Shown: positions 35,800 to 46,962 of the stretch, in pieces | How the letters are laid out: each line of letters opens with the position of its first letter | Position numbering within the stretch: position 1 is the stretch's first letter | Assembly (NCBI RefSeq): GCF_001194135.2 | Contig: NC_068994.1 | Coordinates: forward strand, 3,388,540 to 3,452,539 | Direction: 5' to 3' | Source: Octopus bimaculoides | Lineage: Eukaryota | DNA: 64,000 bases | Notes under the pieces: model-generated | Database searches by the model: none | What the model was told of the DNA's origin: nothing | Seen by the model: only the letters and a program-made list of their open reading frames with translations | Program-made: the position numbers and the translations under genes

Positions 35800-36600
35800 T
35801 TTTTCTTTCTTTCTGTTAAAAGAGAAAGGTTGATAAGGCCCCACTGAAATATTCCCTCAAGGTTTCTATTTATTGGATCAATGCAGTTTTGGTGTCCTGT
35901 GTCTGGGCTGTGTGTGAATGATGCATGGTCAGAGGAAGTTAGGGATGAATGAAAGATTGTATCATCTGTGTGGATGTTGTTGGATGTAGCAGCAAATAGT
36001 TTATTAAATCTTAGAAAGAAGAGACGTGGCAACAAAAGCAAACCTCAGGGAACACCAGAGTTGGCTGCGAGAAAGACTTCCATCAATGCATGCTGCAATG
36101 GTGTGATCTGATAGGGAACTACTGACCCAAGAGGTGAAAGATGGATGGAGCTTGTGGGGGGGGGGAGAAGTTTTGCTAAGAGATTCATATGCCAGACTTG
36201 GTCAAAGATTTCGTTGATGTCTAGGGAAACAACAATGCTTTCACTGAACCTCTCAAAAGTGAGAGCTCACTGGTGAGTGACACAAGTGAGTAAGTTTCCA
36301 GTAGACCTTGCTTTGTGGAAGCCATACTGGTGGTTACTGATAGAGAGGGAGAGAGAGAGAGAGAGAACATTATCATTGCCAGTCTCCATTACCTTGGAGA
36401 TGTTGGAAGTGAGAATGGGGTTGGTGGCCTTTCTGCGAAATGGGACATACTGAAGTATGTTTCCAAATGTCAGGGTATATCTCCATAGAGATTAAGAGTT
36501 TAAAGATTTTGGTGAATATAGGAGCAGGTTCTGGAGTGGCATTGCTTAAGTGTAACTCCAGTTATGAGCTGACTCAGACAGTGAAAACATGTCCAAATCA
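35800..36600 (-). mobile_element. CR1/Jockey-group LINE reverse-transcriptase fragment
   Basis: Broken minus-strand translation PEPAPIFTKIF..PDIWKHTSVCPISQKG / HQYGFHKARSTGNLL..VVSLDINEIFDQVWH..NSGVP*G / PRLFFLRFNKL..TSNNIHTDD..QWGLINL follows RT domain order with a degenerate YADD. Confidence 0.78.
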
Positions 36601-37840
36601 GACCAGCAGGAAAAGCTCATAAGAAAAGGGATATTTTTTTTATTATTTATAAGCCAAATTTTTGATTTGGGTTACTTTCCAACACAATTCAGATGTTTTC
36701 TGTGCCTTTCTGAAATACATGTAAAAGTCCTGCCCTGAATATGAGGGGCTTAATAAACTAATAACATTCTTAATGTATTGAGTTCTGTTTATCCTGTTTG
36801 TTCTACCAAATATAAATATATGTGTTGTGTTTGTGTGTATAGATATATTCATTTATATCTTCAGACAATCAAACATTTTAATATCTTGCATTCAAGTCTA
36901 CATCAAACAATTGATGACAACACATTTGATGTCTTCTTTAGTGCAGAGCCAAGATTATCTCCCTTGACTTAAGAAACAGACAGAGAGGGAGAAAGCGTAA
37001 GAGACATAGGGAAACTGAAGGAGAAAGAGAGATTATAGAGAAAGAGGGGTACGAGGCTGAGTTATATAAACTCAGGGAAAGAGGGAAGGAGAGAAATAGG
37101 AACATAGAGAGAGAGTAGCAGTTGGCGTGTATCTCCTCCCCCTCCACCTTCAAAGCTGCGACCTAACACAAACACATATGTGCAGAAATAAGCAAACCTT
37201 TGATAGCACCACTTCTAGCTCCGACAAACCCAATTATTCTTCATACATACCTTGTTATTTTGGTGAAGGCACACACCAAGGTAAGTATTCTTCCCTGCAT
37301 CTTTTTCTAATCGTCTTCCTATTATAATACCCACACCGATTCATTCTGCAACCACAGGACTCGGGGAAAGGTTCTTCGTCTACCATTGTTTCTAGAAATG
37401 AGATAATCCGCTTGTTTAAGCCTCTTTTCTTAAATCCTCTCTTTCCTCCGACAGAAACCCACGACAGGGCTTTGTGTTTGCTGTAAAGAAGAAGGAGAAA
37501 TAGATTATTCTTAAATGAGGGATCAATGTGTAATAATGATAACCATGTAAATCGGTCACTGTTTTATGGCCATTCATGTACCTTCTTGACAAATGAGAAT
37601 CAAACAAGTTTCTTTAGGTAAAAGCTTCCTATTATTCTTATTTTTCTTCCTCTTCCTATTCTCCTTATTCTTTTTCTTCCTAATCTTCTTTAACCCCAAA
37701 CATATTTCGTCTTTTTGTGTATTTATGGGGGTTTCTTCACCATTAATTCAAGACCCTCGAATGATTATTCAAGTTTATTGTTTGTTTAATTCATTTCTGT
37801 GTCTGACGAGTCACAAAGACATTTCTAGCATGATGTATGC

Positions 37841-37905
<65 letters not shown>

Positions 37906-39534
37906 TAATTTATGTGTGTGTGTAAACAACCTGAAAGAGACTAATGAAACACGTATAGACACATTTACCAGGAAAACATTTATATAAACAGAAACTTTGT
38001 GTATGTATCTATGTTGTTTATATAATACGATGTACACATTTATGAGGATACATAAAATATATAAGCAGTATATAGACACACACACACATATATATATATA
38101 CATATACACATATTCGTATACACACACACCGTAAAATTAGCGTCTGTGTCGTTCACTGTGTGTGTATGTATGCATTCATACATACACATTACTAATTAAT
38201 TATCATTTTGCTTTAATTTTATTTACACATACTCTTGGTGTACACACACACACACACATACACACGTGTGTATAGGTGGGGGAGATGAACTGATCATAAG
38301 GTGACTAATAACATTTTACATGCATACATACATACATACATACATACATACATACATAGTTGTGTGCTGAGCTAAGGGTATTTTTTTTATCCGCTTAAAG
38401 TCTAAAAGCTCACATTAACTGACCACTTTGTGTGTGCTGCATCTTCTCTTCGTCTGTTAATATAACATCGTGTAAACAATGTATTATTGACCTGAAAATC
38501 CCCCAACAAACCCAAGAGAAAACACCACCATCACCACCGCCAGTACTACTACTATTACTACTGTATGTGCTTGTTGTTTAGTCCCAGATCTGCCTCAGAC
38601 CGAGCAGACCTATGCTCAAGGCGTCCCATCCGTGGCGCTTCCGTCTTTTTTCTAGGCTCAGTTCACCTTGGACAACATTAACCAGTATGATCCTTTCTAT
38701 TTTTAAAGGCGCTGGATGGGCGATTTGAGGTAGATTTGGCTGCGGGTGTGATGTGTGGTTTGTGTGTTCAGACTGTGTTCTGTTGCTCCGTATCCTTTAC
38801 CACTGAACTACAACATAAACCACAATGATTGTTGAATAATGATGTTGTTTATACCATGACAAAGTCACTACAATTTGTGCAATCATCTTTCAACCATTAA
38901 ACCATTAGATCAGTAATAATAATAGTTTCAAATTCTGCCACAAGGGCAGCAATTTTGTGGGGGAAGGGATGAGTCGATTATATACACTCATATATATACA
39001 TATACTGTTACTCAGAGTTTCACGTTCCCGTGTATATACACACATATATATATGTATGTTTATACATATGTATATATATGCATGTTTATACATATATATG
39101 TATGTATATACACTATTCAGGCATAGTATATCTAGGACTACATTATCTAATGTTAGTAATAGTGATGGTGGTGTTATTTCAGTGTCAAGTTATTTGTGTA
39201 CCTTGGACTGCATTATTCAATGTGTCCTTTGTCGTTTTTGTTCAGCCCGAGGTGAATCAAAGGCATTCCAACCATGGCCAACCATATTTAGGATTATATT
39301 ATCTGATGTGTTCTGCTATTTTTTAAGATTGGAGGGTGTGATTTTATAGTGATGTGGCTGCTATTTCTAGCCAATTGACTGGCTACTTAGAAGCCTCTTC
39401 ATTGACAAAGTTGTTTGGTAATGAGTGCAATGTAATTAGATATTTGTTAACCCTCTTAATATAGTTTATGTTGTATACTCAATTAAAGTTTAAATATTTT
39501 TGATAATGCTCTTGTTTCTCTTTGTTTTTTCCAG

Positions 39535-39569
39535 ATATTAAAACTTGGAGTACTGAACTGACTGTACTT
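39535..39569 (+). other. Candidate 35-nt 5'-UTR exon of ZNF-C
   Basis: Long polypyrimidine tract ctcttgtttctctttgttttttccAG (39533-39534) and donor GTGAGT at 39570; no ATG inside. Confidence 0.45.
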
Positions 39570-40157
39570 GTGAGTACATTGGAAAGATTTCCTTGAATAA
39601 CCTCCGTTAGAGATTAATGACTCTTCATAAGAAACATTTCAAAACTGTCCTTCAATGACAAACAGGCTTTTGGTTTTCATTTCAAGTCTGCTACCTCTTC
39701 CCAACAAAAGCCTCTGCTCTCCACTTTGCTGATATTTATATCTATTTATCGCTCTCTCTACATACGTGTGTGTGTGCACATACTTTATTACAACTGGAGG
39801 ATGGCATAAGAACTCTCTGAAGAAACAAAAAAACCCAGACAAAAGTGTATTCTTTAAGCTTATCAATTGTTTGAAATGGGAAATATTTGGAGAGAGTATC
39901 AACAAATTACTCGCGTCATTTCAAATATTGTTGAGGACAAAGTCAGAAACTAAATCTATTGGTGAGAAAGTCCAGTAAGAAAGCAAAGAAGCCTGGATAA
40001 TTATTATTATTATTTGTTTACGACTTTATATAAATCTTTGTTTGAATTCAGAAACACGGGAATATATTGAAATAAGACCACGTGGATTACAGTGGATTAA
40101 ATAAGACTACTGCCATTCTCTTCCTGCTCATCCAGTTTGGATTATGTGTAAAGAGCC

Positions 40158-41726
40158 ATGTATTCTGTACAGTCTATGGCGTTTCCACAAGCTTTTCCTC
40201 AAAATGACTTGCATCACCACCATCATCATCATCACCACCAGCCACAACAGTTGAAAGTGAACTTGAAACAACCTGTCCCACAACAACAACAGCAACCACC
40301 ACCACAACCACAACAACCACCACCACCACCACCACCACAGCAACCACAACCAACACTACCACTTCAAACATCAACTATCATAGCTCAAGGAATTTCCAGC
40401 TCTGTCCCCGCTGTGTCTTCAGCCAACCATCAACATGTAAACAACAGCAGCAACAGTGCCACAAGTAAGAAACCATTCAAGTGTGACATCTGCCGGAAAG
40501 CCTTTTCTCGCAGAGCAAACTTGGACCATCATGAAAATGCCCCTGCGACAGAAAAGCATTTCAGTTGTGGCTATTGTTTCAAGGCGTTTTCACAGAGAGA
40601 CAAGTTGAAGAGTCACCAAGCTATTCACACGGGAGAGAGAAACTTCCACTGCGACATTTGCCAGAAGTCGTTCACGCAGAAAGATCACCTCAACAACCAC
40701 TCGCGGACACACAGTGGTCATCGGCCTTTTAAATGTCAGGTTTGCTCGAAGGCTTTTTCACAGCGGGCTCATTTGAAAAACCATCATCGCATACACACTG
40801 GCGAGAAGCCATTTCACTGCACCTTCTGTGGCAAAGGGTTTAGCCAAAGTGCACATCTTGCTAAGCACGAACGAGTGCATACTGGTCTCAGGCCATTCAG
40901 CTGTGCCTACTGTGGCAAATCATTTGCACAGCGCAGCAACTTGGACAACCACGAGCGCATCCACACTGGCTTGAAACCCTATCACTGTGGTGTGTGTTCC
41001 AAGTCTTTTGCTCAGCGAGATCATCTAAACAACCATGAACGTATTCACAGTGGTGAGAGACCATACAGGTGCACCACTTGCTCCAAGTCGTTTGCACAGC
41101 GTGCACATCTCAACAACCACAAGCGCATCCACAGCGGCGAGAAACCCTACACATGCTTGATCTGTCAGAAGTCATTCTCGCAGCGAGCTAATCTGAAAAA
41201 GCACGAACGCACACACACTTCGGAAGACATTCAGAAAGCATCATCATCACAGTCAACTGCAGAAAACACCACAGCCTCAGTTGTTGACATGAATTCAACA
41301 CCAGCACCAGCACCAGCTTCCACTACGCCTTCATCACAACAACAAACAGTTCACACTCTTAATGTGTCTCCTGCCTCTTCAGCTTCGTTAATGATGAGTG
41401 CATCACCTTGTTGTGCCTCATCGTTTTCCACACACCCTCAGGATCCCCATCTGCATCCCCATCAAGTGATGGTGCCAGACAGACTGTCAAACAGCTACTG
41501 TTGGTCTCGTGGCTTTCCTGTCACTGCCTGGAGTGATAGCCCTGCCGTGCCAACAGTCCCCGCCGGCAGTGTGTTTCCTTGCAATGGCGGCATTGTTGGA
41601 GTGCACAGTAGCGGTGTGGGGGTGGTGTGTAGTGCTGGAACTGGCTGCAACAGCCAACACCCAAATAAACATGGAATACAACTGGATCTCAATAAACCCA
41701 ATTCTCATCATAAAGGAAAGCATTAG
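40158..41726 (+). CDS. C2H2 zinc-finger protein ZNF-C (522 aa; 1 degenerate + 8 intact fingers, His/Gln/Pro-rich N-terminus, C-terminal Trp motif)
   Basis: Intact ORF starting gagccATG; finger block 40476-41216; candidate acceptor (ctcttcctgctcatccAG, 40134-40135) 22 nt upstream; AATAAA at 41861-41866. Confidence 0.93.
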   Translation: MYSVQSMAFPQAFPQNDLHHHHHHHHHQPQQLKVNLKQPVPQQQQQPPPQPQQPPPPPPPQQPQPTLPLQTSTIIAQGISSSVPAVSSANHQHVNNSSNSATSKKPFKCDICRKAFSRRANLDHHENAPATEKHFSCGYCFKAFSQRDKLKSHQAIHTGERNFHCDICQKSFTQKDHLNNHSRTHSGHRPFKCQVCSKAFSQRAHLKNHHRIHTGEKPFHCTFCGKGFSQSAHLAKHERVHTGLRPFSCAYCGKSFAQRSNLDNHERIHTGLKPYHCGVCSKSFAQRDHLNNHERIHSGERPYRCTTCSKSFAQRAHLNNHKRIHSGEKPYTCLICQKSFSQRANLKKHERTHTSEDIQKASSSQSTAENTTASVVDMNSTPAPAPASTTPSSQQQTVHTLNVSPASSASLMMSASPCCASSFSTHPQDPHLHPHQVMVPDRLSNSYCWSRGFPVTAWSDSPAVPTVPAGSVFPCNGGIVGVHSSGVGVVCSAGTGCNSQHPNKHGIQLDLNKPNSHHKGKH

Positions 41727-42409
41727 AAAAATGTTAGTACAAAGGATAAACTGTACAACTCCTTGTCACAGTGTAACAGTAACACGGAATTTTATAAAAA
41801 AAGACCCACTCTATGTGACGTAAGACTGCAATGTGTCATATCAGTATTATGACTTCACACAATAAATTTAGTTACACTGTGACAGGCATAAAACTGTTGT
41901 TACATTGTGACAGAAAATCACCACAACTATGTATAACAGTGTACCATGGTAGACAAAAAGCATTGTACCAAGGTGCTGGTTGGAATAACAGTCAGGATAT
42001 AATTATAGAATGAATCCATGTAAATCTGATTTTATGTCAGCTGACATAACTGTGTAACAGTGTATCATCACTGAACAGGCCAGTGTATTACGTTACAGCA
42101 AGGCATTGTAACTGTGTGTATGTCACCACAGCAGAGTATTCGTATCAGAGACAGTGTATGGATATATATATGAATTATATATGACAGGAGAGTGTAGCAC
42201 AGGTGACAAGATGAAGGCCACAACACTGGATATGTGACAGCACCAAGGTGCCTGCATTCACATCCAGACATCCTGTGATAGATATCTTTCTCCCCCTCTT
42301 GCACACAGCACTCCAGATACATCAGAACATCTATAGCATTCTTGAATCTGGATCAGACAAAACCAACTGTATGTGAGTAGTCTCTGATCACGTGTGGCAT
42401 TGCATAGGC

Positions 42410-42755
42410 AGTTGAGATATGTCACAGCATACAACTGTGACTGGTAGAGGGTTAGAACATGTCGTAAGGTAAAACTGACTGGTAGAGGGTTGAGACATGT
42501 TGCAGTGTACACCTATGACAGGTGGACAGATGGGAGGGAGGTTAAGACATGTCATAGTGTACAGCTGTGACTGGTAGAGGGTTGAGACGTGTCACTACAT
42601 CTGTGACTGGTGGTGAGTGAGGTGTGATAATGTGAAATTGGCTGGGAGAGAGTTGAGACATGTCACAGTAAACAACTGGCTGATAGAAAGTTAAGACCTG
42701 TCATGTAAAACTAACTGGCAGAGGATTGAGACTTGTCACAGTGACTGGTACAGGG
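42410..42755. repeat. Degenerate about 40-bp minisatellite downstream of ZNF-C
   Basis: About 8 units resembling ACAACTGTGACTGGTAGAGGGTTGAGACATGTCACAGT, starting near 42435, 42474, 42565, 42601 and further. Confidence 0.75.
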
Positions 42756-44299
42756 CTCAAATTAAAACTGGAAGAAGGGATTCTATTTTTGTTGTTTCAT
42801 TTAGTTACTGTTTATTTCTTACCATCCAACAGAAGTTCAATGCCCTAATTTGAGTCATCAGAATGGTTTTCAATTGAATTGATTTTGGATTTGATCACAA
42901 GGACTGTGCTTTGGCCAGGTTTGGGAGAGCAATCTGCATTCCATTCAGAATATTGTTCCATGTTCAAATTACTATTCATTGTAACCTCATACCATCCACC
43001 ATTATCTGATCTCACACCAATCACACCATCTATTATTTTCTGATCTCACATCTGTCATAACCATCCATCATTCTGTGACAACTTCCAATTCGCTGTCAGT
43101 GGCAGAGTTTGACATCCAGAGTTGTCGACCCTTAGTCATATCCTACAAAAACCTGGTCATCCTGGCACTTTGCATCCTCCTCTTTCACAAAGGGCCGGCT
43201 GCTCTTTTTGACCATTTATGGTAATCTGTTGGTTTCCACTTCACTTTTACCAGGTTTCCCATCTCAACTATAACCCTGTCACTTTTTCACCCACCTCATC
43301 AGTCATCATTCCAATGTGGTCATGTGATCCAGTCACTCACCTCACCACACAGGAAACCATTTTGGTGTTTTTGAAAGAAATCCTCTTTTCTTTCTCTTTC
43401 TAGCCCATGATCGTGCTTTCTTCCTCTTGTCATTTCTATTTGAACCTGAAACCACAGACATGGAGCAGGGATCCCTTATCTCCCTCATTCATCTTATTGT
43501 TCTTGAGATTGAGTTACAAAACTGTGTTGAGTGGGGACATCAACTCAACTTCCATTTTCAGTGGAATTATCAACTTTAATCTCCAGTCTCAAGTGGAATC
43601 CTAGTTTAACTCCAGATTTCAGTGACACAATGAGCTCAACTCCAAGCATAGCTGAGACATCAGTTTAACTCCGGACTATGTTAAATGGAATCTTCCAGCT
43701 TGACTCTAAATTAACACTTCGCTTGTCAGTCCCTTTTTTTTTTTCAAACACCCCTCTATGCCACATACTAAATAAAGAAAATGAAGACATTTATTTTTGC
43801 TGTTGACTCTTCATTTTGTTTTTGTTGTTGTGTATATAGATCTTATCACTGACCACTCATTTGTGAAGTAGGAGTGGACCCATTTTGTCAGCCAGGTAGT
43901 CTGAAGCCAGCAGATTATAGCCATAATAGTAACGTTTGAATTTTTCCCTATCAAAGTCTATCAGTAGTTCAGCCTCTTAACTCATTTGTTTCTGTATCTC
44001 TGTCAGAATACATTGACTTTAATTCAATGAATTTTGAAGAAAAATCTAGCAAAATAACTGTCTTTATTAAGCTGAATATTGTAACATAAATTAACGTGAA
44101 ATTCTGATGGAAAGTTTAAATTTAAATCACTTCAAGACAAGAAGTTTGTATCATAGAACCAGGAATGGGCTCAGGTAGATTGGTACAAAAAGGATAAAAT
44201 AACTTCTACTTTAACATTTAGATTACTCTGTCAAATGTAATGTTTATTTATTCACATTGGTTTATATTTAATTATGCAGCATGTAATTAATTAATTAAT

Positions 44300-44430
44300 G
44301 TAATTTAATTATGGTAGCATGTAAAAAGCACCATCCAATCGTGATCGATGCCAGCCCCTCTGGCATGTAAAAAGCAGCCACTGCACTCTCGGAGTGGTTG
44401 GCATTAGGAAGGGCATCCAGCTGTAGAATA
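44300..44430 (+). repeat. Partial copy of the (GAT)n-tailed dispersed module
   Basis: gcatgtaaaaagcacc..ggagtggttggcattaggaagggcatccagctgtagaa followed by (TA)n. Confidence 0.65.
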
Positions 44431-44454
44431 TATATATATATATATATGCGCACA

Positions 44455-45045
44455 TGTGTGGCTATGTGGTAAGAAGCTTGCTTTCCAACTATGTGGTTTG
44501 GGGTTCAATCCCACTGCATGGCATCTTGGGCAAGTGTCTTCTACAATAGCCCCTGGTTGACCAAAGACTTGAGTGAATTTTGTGGACAAAAGCTGAAAGA
44601 AGCTTGTTGTGTGTACATACATATGTACTTGCATGTGTGTGTGTATTTTTTTCTGTGTCCCTGCCTTGACTTTATGTGATAGTAGTAAATGAGTGTCACC
44701 ATTTTTCCAGTTGTCTTTCATCACCAGTCTTGTGTGGAAGCACGTCTGGCTGGATTAACCACTAAGCAAAATAAGCACATGCTCTATTTTATGGTTTGCT
44801 ATTGTTTATATTTTGAATTACATAATCTTTTATGGGGGCACCAAAATCTTTTAAGTGCTTAGGGCCTCGATGGGTCTTAATCCAGCCCTGACGTCTGGTC
44901 ATGAGGATATATTACCTTACTTGTAAAGGGCTGAGGGTTGGTAACAGGAAGAGCATCCAGCTGTAGAAAAAAACCTACCTGAACAAATTCTGTCCAACCC
45001 ATACAAGTATGGAAATGTAGATATTAAAACAATGATGATTATGCC
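44455..45045 (+). mobile_element. tRNA-derived SINE with internal (TG)n and (GAT)n-type tail, split by the MITE
   Basis: Head gctatgtggtaagaagcttgc..ggttcaatcccactgc (A/B-box-like); tail aggaagagcatccagctgtaga..ccaacccat..atgatgat shared with other copies. Confidence 0.7.
44750..44890. mobile_element. 141-bp MITE (hAT-like) nested in a SINE
   Basis: Flanked by 8-bp direct repeat ACGTCTGG (44742-44749 and 44891-44898); ends CTGGATTAA...TTAATCCAG(CCCTG) plus an inner CTAAGCA/TGCTTAG pair; removing it restores a continuous SINE tail. Confidence 0.65.
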
Positions 45046-46199
45046 ATGGTAGTCTAACATCACTACTTCAACCTATACTATGCTGTTCAATACACTATAC
45101 ACTCTGATCCATACCACTACCACCAATAAACACCTTCCTCTAAGCCATGAGGGTAGACTAAGGGCCAGCAACTTTCCCCCATTTACCAGTTATAAGATTA
45201 ACAGAGCCCACAGGGAAATTTGGTAAGTGCTGATGCATGAAACTCTCAGCCCTGGAATCATTTTGTTGCTTCTACTAAACATGAATAAAAAATATATATT
45301 TACTTATGTTTTGAGTTCTGTCTTCCTTGCTTACATTGCCAAACCTGTCCTTAGAAACCAATGAACACACTGGATGTAGCCAAACCATTGGACTGTACGT
45401 TTGAAAATGGCTAAAAAGAATTAGATGAAAACAAAAAATGGGTCACCTGTCACTTGTGAGTATGACCACACCTTTCCCTAATTGCTTTTAGGGGTCTATG
45501 TAGTTGTGAGATGTAGACAAACTCTCAGGCCTTCCATCCTTGCCCCTGTGGGACATTAAAGATGTGACAGCTGGAGGGAGAGAGATTTTGTCAAAAGATG
45601 TGCCTTACTCAAGGACACAATTTACTACCGGGTCTTAGAACTGAACCCATGACTTTATGATTTTAAACCACACACCTTCTCACAAACATGACTTACCACA
45701 GCTCCATAGATATATATTCGATAGGCTTCAACACAATTTCCATCAAGCAAATATCACTCAAGGCATTAGTCAACATAAGGCTACAATAGAAGATACTTGC
45801 TCAGTGATTGAGCTGGCGGAGTGAACTTAATAACGTTCTCCCTAAAAAAAAAAAAAAAGTCGGACATCAGATGAGTGGAATAATAGTCGTCAGTGTTGTA
45901 TTTATTGGAATTGTTTCTCTTGATGGTTTATCTTTCAGAAGTAAATAAGTCTCCAAAACCTATTGTGCTGTTTTTGTAAAGCAGCTGACTTGTTTCATTG
46001 AATAAAAACTCAGTATTGTTTAAAATTTTACGATAGCAGATAGGTTTTCATCTTAGAAGATATATTAGTCGAAAATGTTCACAGAAATAAAATAATGCTG
46101 TCTTACACCTACACAGTTTGAGTTGGATGAAACAAAAACAACAAATATGAGAAGATAAAGAGAAAACATCTGTCAGTAGTAAGTTTTTAACAATCAACT

Positions 46200-46520
46200 G
46201 AATGTTTGTAAACCATACAGCCATGACGTGTCTCGACAGCGTTGTTATCAGGTCACACGAACGCTGGAGCTTTGTGTTTTTTATGTCTTTTTAAATCGAT
46301 TGACAATGTCGTTGGCAGACGGGAGGGAGACTGCTGCACAACGGAGAAGTGAAAACTGAAGAGAAGAAAAGAATTAGTGCATTTTCCCTCCATTCATGTG
46401 TGTGTGTGTGTGTGTTTTTTTTAATGTGAAATAACTCACAAATCTCTAATTTAAAGGTTCTTTTTTCGTAGCTTTTTTGTTAATTAACTTTTGTTTTACG
46501 AGGCAGCCATTTTGTAAATC
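46200..46520. promoter_or_regulatory. Possible promoter region of the orphan ORF
   Basis: CpG-containing unique sequence with TGACGTG and a YY1-like GCAGCCATTTTG (46503-46514), 450-750 bp upstream of the ATG. Such motifs also occur by chance. Confidence 0.22.
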
Positions 46521-46722
46521 ATTTTGAAAAATGTCTCTAAATGAACTTCACTTTTTCAATCGTAAATTACCGTTATTTTTGTGAAGACCCCCACCCTACA
46601 AAAAAAAAACTTTTGTGCAGATAATCTATTTCAGCTTGAGACTCGACTTTTAAGATATCATTCAATGGAAAATTTCTCAATATAAGTAGACAATTCGAAA
46701 CAGATCCTACATAGATTTTCAG

Positions 46723-46761
<39 letters not shown>

Positions 46762-46962
46762 GAATTTCGAAGTGTTGCCAAAATCACCAGATCGGGAAAA
46801 TAAAAGAAATTACCTCTTTTAAAATGAAGGCAACAGTTTGTTTTAATTGTTATATCGTAGCATTACGGAAGAAAAAAGTTGGAATATAGACGTATAAGCA
46901 GAACCACGATTAAAATAAATATGAAGTGAGTACATTTTCATGTTACATTAGCCTAAGAAATC

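Noticed and set aside
41767-41805. RAG RSS-like CACAGTG + 23 nt + AAAAAAGAC
   Set aside because: The nonamer matches only 6/9 in A-rich DNA, there is no partner 12-RSS or Transib/RAG sequence, and CACAGTG is expected from the local GTCACAG enrichment.
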